DNA from: Oscillospiraceae bacterium | Lineage (GTDB): Bacteria > Bacillota > Clostridia > Oscillospirales > Oscillospiraceae | Reading direction: 5' to 3' | DNA length: 64,000 bases | Assembly: GCA_015068495.1 (NCBI GenBank) | Contig: SVKL01000008.1 | Coordinates: 13,892-77,891 of the forward strand | Shown: piece by piece, positions 30,382-38,840 of the stretch | Position numbering within the stretch: position 1 is the first letter of the stretch | Layout: every line of letters starts with the position of its first letter | Notes under the pieces: generated by a model | Told to the model about the DNA's origin: nothing | Seen by the model: the letters and a program-made list of their open reading frames with translations, nothing else | Databases searched by the model: none | Program-made: the position numbers and the translations under genes

Positions 30382-31028
30382 AAATCCTCGCGTTGTCCGA
30401 CGAAGTATGCCCGGCGCTATATGATTTTTACACACCGGGGAAATTAGACGGTTACGATTTGATTATCTCCTGCGGAGATCTGAAGCCCAGTTATCTCTCC
30501 TTTTTGGTTACGATGACCCGGGTGCCGCTTATGTATGTTCACGGAAACCACGACGTTCTCTATGCAACAAAACCCCCTGAGGGCTGCGACTGCATTGAAG
30601 ATAAGCTGGTGGTCTATAAGGGCTTGCGGATTTTAGGTTTAGGCGGAAGCCCCAGTTACAATGGGGGAGAGCACCAGTATTCGGAAGGTCAAATGCGTTG
30701 GCGCATTTTTAAGCTCCGGCGGAAAATCCTGCGCCACGGTGGTGTGGATGTGGTGGTATCTCATGCGCCCCTTGCAGGAGTGGGAGACGGGGATGACTAT
30801 GCCCACAGAGGCTTTCACGAATTTCTGCGTTTCGTGGACAAGTACCATCCTGCCTACTGGCTCCACGGGCATATGCACCTGAATTACGGCGTGGACAATA
30901 CCCGTGTTCGCACCTACAACGGCACAAAGGTAATCAATGCCTGCGAGCGTTATGTTTTGGAGATTCCGGACGCGGAAATTCCCGCCAAATCCAAAAAAGG
31001 CGATATCGATTACAGCCATTACAAATAA
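30378..31028 (+). CDS. Calcineurin-like metallophosphoesterase
   Basis: LSD, CGDL, HGNHD, SHAP, HGHMH motifs; GTGA overlap with the upstream gene. Confidence 0.9.
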   Translation: MKILALSDEVCPALYDFYTPGKLDGYDLIISCGDLKPSYLSFLVTMTRVPLMYVHGNHDVLYATKPPEGCDCIEDKLVVYKGLRILGLGGSPSYNGGEHQYSEGQMRWRIFKLRRKILRHGGVDVVVSHAPLAGVGDGDDYAHRGFHEFLRFVDKYHPAYWLHGHMHLNYGVDNTRVRTYNGTKVINACERYVLEIPDAEIPAKSKKGDIDYSHYK

Positions 31029-31029
31029 T

Positions 31030-31061
31030 AAAACCCAGAAGCCAATTGGCTTCTGGGTTTT
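31030..31061. terminator. Bidirectional terminator
   Basis: Perfect 32-bp palindrome aaaacccagaagccaattggcttctgggtttt. Confidence 0.85.
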
Positions 31062-31071
31062 GATTTATGTA

Positions 31072-31902
31072 TTAGATAATGTCGGGGATTTCGTCGTCGG
31101 CGTGCTCGTCCATCCACTTCTGACACTCTTGATAAGCGGGCAGCTCCAAGTCGCCCATAGTGTTGGTGTGGAGGATGATACCTTCAATTTCACCGCAGAG
31201 CATCTTCTCACGGCAGAATTCCAGCTGCTCGCGAACAGACTTCACAGTAGCCTGCTTGCCCTGACCGAAGTTCCACAGATAAACGCCCATCAGACGGCGC
31301 TTGCCGGCGGTCATACGCAGGAACTTATCCCACTTTTCGTAAACTTCGTGGTAGTCGTCCTCATTCCAGCACCACAGAGTGATGCCGTCCAGAGGCTCCA
31401 TGTACTTAACAGCAGCCTCTTCGGGAACCTCATCGGTGCAGATATCGTTGGTGTAGATAACCATCCAGTAGTCCAGAGGACGTACTTCATTGTTCTTCAA
31501 ACGGTCACGGATCATATGGAGCTGTTCAACAGGGATGTTGTTGAATGCGCCGTCACGACGGAAGAAGTCATCCAAAACAACACCGGTGATGTTGTCGAAA
31601 TCCTTAGCTTCGTCAATGTAGCGCTGAATCTTATCAATGTCGGAGGTAGCATCAAAGCACTCCCAAGCCACATCGGTCATTCTGCGGAAAGACAGATTGT
31701 ACTGACGGCGGTTTACATCCACATCCAGAGGAATCATAAAGACCTTCTTGATGTCGAAGTAGTGACAGAACTCGGCGGGTGTCATTCTGGACTTTACTTC
31801 ATTAATCTCAGCTTCCTCTTCGGGAACTCCCTTTTCCTTCCAAGTGAAGTTATAGCGGCCTTCGGGGTGACCCCACAGCCAGCAACGATCCTTTAATTTC
31901 AT
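31072..31902 (-). CDS. Hypothetical protein, possible glycoside-hydrolase-like TIM barrel
   Basis: 276-aa ORF with RBS GGAGG, alternating beta/alpha pattern and NITGVVLDDFF. The fold call is inference. Confidence 0.7.
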   Translation of the reverse strand: MKLKDRCWLWGHPEGRYNFTWKEKGVPEEEAEINEVKSRMTPAEFCHYFDIKKVFMIPLDVDVNRRQYNLSFRRMTDVAWECFDATSDIDKIQRYIDEAKDFDNITGVVLDDFFRRDGAFNNIPVEQLHMIRDRLKNNEVRPLDYWMVIYTNDICTDEVPEEAAVKYMEPLDGITLWCWNEDDYHEVYEKWDKFLRMTAGKRRLMGVYLWNFGQGKQATVKSVREQLEFCREKMLCGEIEGIILHTNTMGDLELPAYQECQKWMDEHADDEIPDII

Positions 31903-32073
31903 TTATTATATCCTCCAATATAATATTTTTTAACAGCAGATCACTGTTTGGAATATAATAGTTCATTTTCTGTTAAAAATCAATAGGATATTCGGTCATT
32001 GTATTACGTGTTTTGGTCAAATAGAGGCAAAATTAAGCGGTACGGAACAGGGTTGTCGGGATAAAGTTAAAAA

Positions 32074-32100
32074 AACAGACCACCAAAAAGGTGGTCTGTT
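32074..32100 (-). terminator. Terminator after rpsI
   Basis: aacagaccacc / ggtggtctgtt stem with a minus-strand T tract. Confidence 0.8.
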
Positions 32101-32117
32101 GCAAAGTGGCACAGTAA

Positions 32118-32522
32118 TTATCTCTTGGAGAACTGGGGTGCACGACGAGCGCCCTTCAAGCCGTACTTCTTTCTTTCCTTCATTCTGGGGTCACGGGTCA
32201 GGAAGCCGGCAGCCTTCAGAGAACCGCGGAACTCGGGGTTCAGGGTTACCAAAGCGCGGGACAGACCGTGGCGAATAGCGCCAGCCTGACCGGAAACGCC
32301 ACCGCCGGTAACGGTAACAATCAGGTCAACCTTGTCAGCCAGACCCAGAGCAGCCAGAGGCTGACGGACAATCAGCTTCAAGGTCTCCAGACCAAAGTAA
32401 TCGTCGATGTCGCGGCCGTTGATGATGATGGAGCCGGTGCCGTTCTCGAACAGACGAACACGGGCAACAGAGGACTTACGGCGGCCGGTGCCGTAGTTAT
32501 ACTTCTTCTTGCTTTCGTACAT
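32118..32522 (-). CDS. rpsI: 30S ribosomal protein S9
   Basis: [45 protein letters not shown]. Confidence 0.99.
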   Translation of the reverse strand: MYESKKKYNYGTGRRKSSVARVRLFENGTGSIIINGRDIDDYFGLETLKLIVRQPLAALGLADKVDLIVTVTGGGVSGQAGAIRHGLSRALVTLNPEFRGSLKAAGFLTRDPRMKERKKYGLKGARRAPQFSKR

Positions 32523-32538
32523 AATCAGTTACCTCCCA

Positions 32539-32970
32539 TTAGTCCAGAGTCCATGCTTCAGGCTTCTGAGCAGCGTGGTTGTGCTCAGCACCCTTGCACA
32601 GATGCAGACGGCCCAGGCAGTTGCGACCCAGAGTGTTCTTGGGCAGCATACCCTTAACAGCCAGCTCCATAGCGTAGTCGGAGCGACCTTCCATCATAAC
32701 ACGAGCCTTGGTTTCCTTCAGACCGCCGATCCAGCCGGATACACGGTAGTAGGACTTCTGATCCAGCTTCTTACCGGTCAGAACAGCCTTGTCGGTGTTG
32801 ATGACGATGACATAGTCGCCGCAGTCAACGTTGGGAGTGAATGTGGTCTTGTGCTTACCGCGCAGCAGGTTAGCAGCGATAACAGCGGTACGGCCCAGAG
32901 GCTTGCCGGCTGCATCGATGACATACCACTTGCGCTCAACAGTTTCAAGTTTCGCCAAAGTAGTGGACAT
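32539..32970 (-). CDS. rplM: 50S ribosomal protein L13
   Basis: RKWYVIDA..LGR, LRGKHK..FTPNVDCGDYV, VKGMLPKN; ATG 32970 after GGAGG. Confidence 0.99.
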   Translation of the reverse strand: MSTTLAKLETVERKWYVIDAAGKPLGRTAVIAANLLRGKHKTTFTPNVDCGDYVIVINTDKAVLTGKKLDQKSYYRVSGWIGGLKETKARVMMEGRSDYAMELAVKGMLPKNTLGRNCLGRLHLCKGAEHNHAAQKPEAWTLD

Positions 32971-33000
32971 TATGCTTTCCTCCATATAGGTTAATTTATT

Positions 33001-33029
33001 TTGACAAATTCATATATAAGCAGTACAAT
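33001..33029 (+). promoter_or_regulatory. sigma-A promoter pointing toward ttcA, overlapping the rplM leader
   Basis: TTGACA-17-TACAAT. Confidence 0.6.
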
Positions 33030-33188
33030 GACTGCAAAACGCTTGATTATTTAACCACATTGGAAGTCGATTGTCAACCGATTTTTTGAAAAAATTTCTG
33101 AAATACATTATAAACTCTTAAAAACGCGTAAATTCTCCTAAATGCTCTTAAATGCTAACTTCCTATTTTGAAATTTGGAGGGATAAAA

Positions 33189-33929
33189 ATGCAGAGATTG
33201 GTAGGCTTGCTCCGCCGTTGTGTGGATGACTATAATATGATAAAAGCCGGTGACCGCATTGGCGTCGGTGTGTCCGGCGGCAAGGATTCCCTTGTGCTGC
33301 TGGTGCTTTTGGCAGAGCTCCGGAAATATAACGCCAACCCCTTTACCATAGAAGCTATTACTATTGATATGGGGCTGGGTATGGATTTTTCCGATATTGA
33401 AAAGCTGTGTAAGGACTTGGATGTACCGTTCCATTTAATAAAGACAGAGATTGCACCGATTATTTTTGACCACCGGAAAGAGAAGAATCCCTGCTCTATG
33501 TGTTCCAAAATGCGCCGTGGCGCACTGAATCAGGCGCTGCTGGATTTGGGGCTGAATAAGCTGGCATTGGGGCATCATTACGATGATGCGGTGGAGACCT
33601 TTGTGATGAGCCTGATTTACGAAGGACGTATCAGCTGTTTCCAGCCGGTGACGGACTTGGACAGAACGGGTATCATTCAGATTCGTCCTATGCTTTATAT
33701 CCACGAAAAAACGGTGGACAGCTTTGCTACCCGACAAAACCTGCCGGTGCTGAAAAACCGCTGTCCTGTGGATAAAAACACCAAGCGGGAGGAAATCAAG
33801 CAGCTGGTGTACGACCTGTCTGCCACCTATCCTGATTTGAAGGAGCGAATTTTCGGCGCTATGCAGCGCCTGCCCCTGCCGGAATGGGAGCCGCAGGGTC
33901 GCTACAAAAGACCCAAAGAACAGGAATGA
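33189..33929 (+). CDS. ttcA: tRNA 2-thiocytidine biosynthesis TtcA family protein
   Basis: PP-loop VSGGKDS, PCSMCSKMRRG, GHHYDD, IRPM, RCP. Confidence 0.88.
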   Translation: MQRLVGLLRRCVDDYNMIKAGDRIGVGVSGGKDSLVLLVLLAELRKYNANPFTIEAITIDMGLGMDFSDIEKLCKDLDVPFHLIKTEIAPIIFDHRKEKNPCSMCSKMRRGALNQALLDLGLNKLALGHHYDDAVETFVMSLIYEGRISCFQPVTDLDRTGIIQIRPMLYIHEKTVDSFATRQNLPVLKNRCPVDKNTKREEIKQLVYDLSATYPDLKERIFGAMQRLPLPEWEPQGRYKRPKEQE

Positions 33930-33977
33930 AAAATTTGCCATTGGGAATACTGCCTATAAGTAAGGAGGCGGTAGCCA

Positions 33978-34235
33978 ATGGTAAAGGGAATCTCCCGACA
34001 GGTAATTGTGGTTCGTTCACCGGACCAAAAGCTGTTTGAGCAGGCAATTTTTATTCTCAATGATGAGGCGGTGGCCAAGGGCGTGACAGACGAAATGCTG
34101 CTAAAGTCTGCCGATAAGCTGCTCCGTGGCTCACAAAAAACGAAAAAACCCGGTATTTTTATGTACGGCTCTGTGTGGGCTTGCGCGGGGGCGTTGCTTA
34201 CCGGACTTGTGTGGCTGCTGACATCACTAATATAA
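33978..34235 (+). CDS. Conserved small protein with a C-terminal TM helix
   Basis: MVKGISRQVIVV...FEQAIFIL; RBS AAGGAGG; hydrophobic C-terminus. Confidence 0.75.
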   Translation: MVKGISRQVIVVRSPDQKLFEQAIFILNDEAVAKGVTDEMLLKSADKLLRGSQKTKKPGIFMYGSVWACAGALLTGLVWLLTSLI

Positions 34236-34291
34236 CTTGCAAAAAGAGCGCTTTTGTGCTATAATCTCCCGGTATTTGGGAGGTGAGCAGA

Positions 34292-35257
34292 GTGAATATT
34301 GGCTCGTTGCAAGTGAATAATCCCATAGCCCTTGGCCCTATGGCAGGGGTGACCGACTGGGCATTTCGCACTATCTGCGCGGAATTGGGCGCCAATATCA
34401 CCGTGACGGAGATGGTCTCCTCCCGGGCGTTGGTATATAAGGATAAGAAAAGCGCAGCGCTGCTCCGTAAAAACGAGGGCAGCCTTTGCGGCGCGCAAAT
34501 TTTCGGCAATAATCCGGAGATTATGGCAGAGGGCGCACGGCTTGCTCTTGAAATCTCCGGATGTGACTTTATCGATATCAATATGGGCTGCCCTATGCCG
34601 AAAATTGCAAATAGCGGTGACGGCTGCGGCCTTATGCGCACACCGGAGCTGGCGGGGGAGATTGTAAAGGCAGTTGTAAACGCCGTGGATGTTCCCGTGA
34701 CAGTAAAATGCCGTTTGGGCTGGGATAAGGGCAATATCAATGTGCTGGACTTTACCAAGCGGATGGAGGATAACGGCGCAGCGATGCTCACCGTCCACGG
34801 CAGAACGCGGAGCATGCTTTATTCCGGCGTTGCCGATTGGGACACCATCACCAAGGTCAAGCAGCAGCTTTCTGTTCCTGTGATTGCCAACGGCGACATT
34901 GTGGACGGACAGACAGCGGTGAAATGCTTAAACCGTACCAAAGCCGACGGCGTGATGATAGGCAGAGCCACCTTCGGCAATCCTTGGGTTTTTGCCGATA
35001 CAGTGGCGGCGCTTTCCGGTAATATAGACTATCAGCGTCCGCCTTTAGCAAAGCGGATTGACACCGCAGTGCGGCAGTTTGAACTCGCCTTGGAAGACAA
35101 AGGCGAGCATATCACCTGTTTGGAGGCAAGAAAGCATTTTGCCTGGTATCTCCGGGGCGTTGCCTACGCATCCTATTATAAGGAGCAGATTTCTTCTATT
35201 CAAAAAATGGACGACATCTACCGCATTGCCGAAGGCATCCGCAAGGATTTGCAATAA
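34292..35257 (+). CDS. dusB: tRNA-dihydrouridine synthase
   Basis: PMAGVTD, IDINMGCP, VTVKCRLG, VHGRT, VIANGDI, GVMIGRA; GTG 34292 after GGGAGGTG. Confidence 0.93.
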   Translation: MNIGSLQVNNPIALGPMAGVTDWAFRTICAELGANITVTEMVSSRALVYKDKKSAALLRKNEGSLCGAQIFGNNPEIMAEGARLALEISGCDFIDINMGCPMPKIANSGDGCGLMRTPELAGEIVKAVVNAVDVPVTVKCRLGWDKGNINVLDFTKRMEDNGAAMLTVHGRTRSMLYSGVADWDTITKVKQQLSVPVIANGDIVDGQTAVKCLNRTKADGVMIGRATFGNPWVFADTVAALSGNIDYQRPPLAKRIDTAVRQFELALEDKGEHITCLEARKHFAWYLRGVAYASYYKEQISSIQKMDDIYRIAEGIRKDLQ

Positions 35258-35261
35258 TTGT

Positions 35262-35297
35262 AAAAGCCACCTGGAAGCATCCCTCCAGGTGGCTTTT
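35262..35297. terminator. Bidirectional terminator
   Basis: aaaagccacctgga / tccaggtggctttt. Confidence 0.85.
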
Positions 35298-35301
35298 GAA
35301 A

Positions 35302-36408
35302 TTATGACTCAATTCTGCTTTCTTTCTTTGGTGATAACTTGTTCCAATCCGTAGCGTCATCAATATAGGAATTTAATTCATTAAACACTTGTGTTTTGAG
35401 TTGTTTGAGATGTCCGTGGAACGAATTGTGGCTCTTGCAGGTTATTATAGCGTCGTCAATAATTGATTGAATTTTTACAAGCATTTGTGAATATTTATGA
35501 ATATCTTTATTTGTAGTATCAGACATTTTTGAAACGGCATAATTAAAGATTAAGTCGTTCATATCCCCACATAATTTAACAATTTCATCAAAGGCGATTT
35601 GGTAGTACGCACATACGATTAAATCCGTTTTTGGACCTTTGGCATCTGTGAATTCTCGATTCACATATCCAAGTATGAGTTTCATCAAATCTGTTTTTCT
35701 TACTAAGTCATTTTCGTTAGTTACCTTTGCAATTTGCTGTTTTATAATTTTGCGAGCATTTTCAATAAAACCTTCTGTTAATTCGGTTTCGATAATTTCG
35801 TAATTTCCAACGTTGTCTATGTTGTTTTTTGGGGAAAATGGGGTTGTTTTTTTCAAAGATTGATGTATAGATGTAATCGGAGCAATGGTTTGAGACTTAC
35901 GTTGTATAGTTGTTTTATCAAAAAATAAATGTGCACGCTTTTTGAAGTATTTGATGTTTATGAATGCCATTGTCAACCCAAGAATTAACGACAACGCTGC
36001 ATTCAAGGTAATAAATTGTGAAATGACTATTGCTTCTAAAACATAATAAATAAACAGAACTCCAACTGGGAGAAAAAAGTAAGTGTAAATAAATTTGAGG
36101 GCATCGTGCTCATAGTTAGACAATTTTTCTCGAACTATAAGTGCGAATGCGCCAAAACCTATCAGAAAAAGTCCGTATATAATGTTCATTACTTGCAGTG
36201 CGCTGCCATAGTAGGCGTATACGTCTTCCGCTGTTACTTGTCCATTTGTTTCACTCGCATAAATTGTACCTGTTAGGTATGCAAAGCTATAGAGAATATT
36301 GATTACCGCCCCTGCACCAATTCCAAAACGTACAAGGTAATTATACCAACTCAAACCAATCGGTTTGCCGTTGATATCAGTCGTTGCAATTAGTAATTCT
36401 TTTTTCAT
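35302..36408 (-). CDS. AT-rich hypothetical membrane protein (about 4 N-terminal TM helices plus a soluble C-terminal domain)
   Basis: 368-aa ORF with RBS AAGGAG, visibly much more AT-rich than its neighbours; TM block ends in YFKKRAHLF. Confidence 0.75.
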   Translation of the reverse strand: MKKELLIATTDINGKPIGLSWYNYLVRFGIGAGAVINILYSFAYLTGTIYASETNGQVTAEDVYAYYGSALQVMNIIYGLFLIGFGAFALIVREKLSNYEHDALKFIYTYFFLPVGVLFIYYVLEAIVISQFITLNAALSLILGLTMAFINIKYFKKRAHLFFDKTTIQRKSQTIAPITSIHQSLKKTTPFSPKNNIDNVGNYEIIETELTEGFIENARKIIKQQIAKVTNENDLVRKTDLMKLILGYVNREFTDAKGPKTDLIVCAYYQIAFDEIVKLCGDMNDLIFNYAVSKMSDTTNKDIHKYSQMLVKIQSIIDDAIITCKSHNSFHGHLKQLKTQVFNELNSYIDDATDWNKLSPKKESRIES

Positions 36409-36579
36409 TTCATTTCTCCTTAATATAGTCTTCGATATTGGGCAAGTATATTCTCTTCCTATATTTTACCGCTCATCATAATTTGTGTCAAGTTTAGATG
36501 TTTGTTGTCAAATAAGATTTGCAATAATTGTAAGGAATGATTTATCCATCGTTTCGCAAACTACTTTAGAGGTGGTTTT

Positions 36580-37533
36580 GTGAAACGATGGATTTGCTTT
36601 ATGCTGATACTTGCCTTGCTGCCAATTCTGCCTGCAAAGGCAGAACCTATCAAATGGGTGAATTTTGATGTACCCTACGAATCTTTGAAACTGGCGATGG
36701 ACACGGACATTGCCACCGCAGAGCAGGAAAAGCACATCAGTTGGATTGATACACTGGCGCTTTCTGCCTGCCGGACAGGAGGCAAATGTGGCTTAGCCTC
36801 CGTAAAGAAAGCAATAGCAGACCTGAAAGGGGACAAGTCCCCGGAAGAATTGCTTGGCAACCTATATAAATATTATTCCTATTATCACGAAGCCTACTCA
36901 GCGGTGCTGGGCGGACTTTTAGGAAACTATTCCGTGGAAATCGACGGGGAGTGGAAATCCGCCTATGGTCTTAAGGCTTTTAGTCCTGTTGCTGCAGGCT
37001 ATGGCTATAGCCACTGCTCTGATTTTGGCAACAGCCGCAGCTTCGGCTTTGCCCGGAAGCACTTGGGCAATGACCTGATGGGCAGCTTAGGAACACCCAT
37101 TGTGGCGGTGGAAGGCGGTGTTGTTGAGGCATTGGGCTGGAACCGGTACGGCGGCTGGCGAGTAGGGATTCGCTCCTTTGATTCCAAGCGATACTATTAT
37201 TATGCCCATCTGCAAAAGGACACACCCTTTGCCAAGGATATGTACGAGGGAAAAATTGTCCAGCCGGGAGATGTGATCGGTTTTATGGGCCGCACCGGCT
37301 ATTCCGATAAGGAAAATGTCAACAATATCGAAACTGTCCACCTGCATTTTGGGATGCAGCTTGTTTTCGACGAGAGCCAAAAGGAGTGCAATTCCGAGAT
37401 TTGGATTGATGTGTATCCCATCGTCAAGCTACTGAGCCAACACCGCAGCAGTGTGGAGAAAACTGAGGGTGTGTGGCAGCGGAAATATCCCTTTGTGGAT
37501 TTGGACACACAGATGCTGTTACAGGGGCAATAA
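36580..37533 (+). CDS. M23 family metallopeptidase with signal peptide
   Basis: HLGND..G.PIVAVEGG, YYYYAHL, HLHFG zinc motifs; GTG after GAGGTGG. Confidence 0.9.
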   Translation: MKRWICFMLILALLPILPAKAEPIKWVNFDVPYESLKLAMDTDIATAEQEKHISWIDTLALSACRTGGKCGLASVKKAIADLKGDKSPEELLGNLYKYYSYYHEAYSAVLGGLLGNYSVEIDGEWKSAYGLKAFSPVAAGYGYSHCSDFGNSRSFGFARKHLGNDLMGSLGTPIVAVEGGVVEALGWNRYGGWRVGIRSFDSKRYYYYAHLQKDTPFAKDMYEGKIVQPGDVIGFMGRTGYSDKENVNNIETVHLHFGMQLVFDESQKECNSEIWIDVYPIVKLLSQHRSSVEKTEGVWQRKYPFVDLDTQMLLQGQ

Positions 37534-37560
37534 TTTGTATAAATTTTATGCAATCTCCGT

Positions 37561-37589
37561 TTGACAAAAAAATACTTCTGTGCTACAAT
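37561..37589 (+). promoter_or_regulatory. sigma-A promoter of the pyr operon
   Basis: TTGACA-17-TACAAT with extended -10 TG; leader is short with no attenuator visible. Confidence 0.75.
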
Positions 37590-37622
37590 TTACTGGATAA
37601 TGTAACATAGGAGGGATACGGA

Positions 37623-38837
37623 ATGATGGGCTCTGAAATGAAGGTCAAGGCTGTTGGCTTTTGTGATGGTGTCTCTGTTTCCGCTATTGCCCCGTTGATG
37701 AATGATTTGTCCGTTGATGACGTATCTGAATATGCTGTTTTTCCCGGCTTTTGTGATGTGCACGTGCATTTCCGAGAGCCGGGATTTTCTTATAAAGAGA
37801 CCATTGAAAGCGGTTCAAAGGCATCTGCGCGGGGCGGTTACACAGCGGTTTGTACAATGCCCAACTTAAACCCCGTGCCGGACAGCGTGGCACATTTGGA
37901 CGAGCAGCTGAAACTGATTGAGGAGCAGGCGGTGATTCACGTCTACCCCTACGGCGCGATTACAGTGGGTGAGAAAGGTGAGCTGCTTGCAGATTTAGAG
38001 GGTATGGCGCCCAACTGTATTGCTTTTTCCGATGACGGACGAGGTGTGCAGAGCGATGATATGATGCGGCAGGCTATGCGCCGTGCCAAGGCACTGGGCA
38101 AAATGATTGTTGCCCACTGTGAGGTAAACGAGCTGCTGAAAGGCGGCTATATCCACGATGGTCAGTACGCAGCGGCTCATAACCACAAGGGCATCTGCAG
38201 CGCCAGCGAGTACGAACAAATCGCAAGAGATTTGCGCCTAGTGAGGGAAATCGGCTGCGCCTACCACGTGTGCCACATCTCCACGAAAGAGAGTGTGGAG
38301 CTGATCCGGCAGGCGAAGGCGGAAGGCTTGGATGTGACCTGTGAAACCGGCCCTCACTATCTGACGATGGACGACAGCTTCCTGCAGGAGGACGGCAGAT
38401 TCAAAATGAATCCTCCTTTGCGGGATAAAGCTGACAGGGAAGCGCTGGTTGCCGGTATTGTGGACGGCACAATCGATATGATTGCCACTGACCACGCGCC
38501 CCACAGCGCAGAAGAAAAGAGCAAGGGCTTAGCCGGCAGCGCCTTCGGTGTGGTTGGTATTGAAACAGCCTTCCCGGTGATGTATACCCACTTGGTAAAG
38601 TCCGGCGTGATTACTCTTGAAAAGCTTATTGACCTACTGAGCAATAACCCCCGTAAACGGTTTGGTCTGCCGGCAGGAAATGATTTTACAGTGTGGAATC
38701 TGAGTAAAGAATTTACAGTAGACCCGGCGCAATTCCTGTCTATGGGTAAGGCGACGCCCTTTGCTGGCTGGAAGTTAAATGGTGAATGTTTGCTGACCGT
38801 CTGCGACGGCAAGGCAGTGTATAAATTGGAGGAATGA
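37623..38837 (+). CDS. pyrC: Dihydroorotase (type I)
   Basis: DVHVHFREPG, TMPN, FSDDG, HVCHIST, KMNPPLR, ATDHAPH. Confidence 0.94.
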   Translation: MMGSEMKVKAVGFCDGVSVSAIAPLMNDLSVDDVSEYAVFPGFCDVHVHFREPGFSYKETIESGSKASARGGYTAVCTMPNLNPVPDSVAHLDEQLKLIEEQAVIHVYPYGAITVGEKGELLADLEGMAPNCIAFSDDGRGVQSDDMMRQAMRRAKALGKMIVAHCEVNELLKGGYIHDGQYAAAHNHKGICSASEYEQIARDLRLVREIGCAYHVCHISTKESVELIRQAKAEGLDVTCETGPHYLTMDDSFLQEDGRFKMNPPLRDKADREALVAGIVDGTIDMIATDHAPHSAEEKSKGLAGSAFGVVGIETAFPVMYTHLVKSGVITLEKLIDLLSNNPRKRFGLPAGNDFTVWNLSKEFTVDPAQFLSMGKATPFAGWKLNGECLLTVCDGKAVYKLEE

Positions 38838-38840
38838 AAA

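Noticed and set aside
32971-33077. L13 leader RNA and rplM promoter
   Set aside because: Only a short GCAGT/ACTGC hairpin and a weak -10 after TTGACA; cannot be called without a covariance model.
37590-37625. PyrR-type attenuator for the pyr operon
   Set aside because: The leader is too short, with no PyrR-binding loop or terminator.
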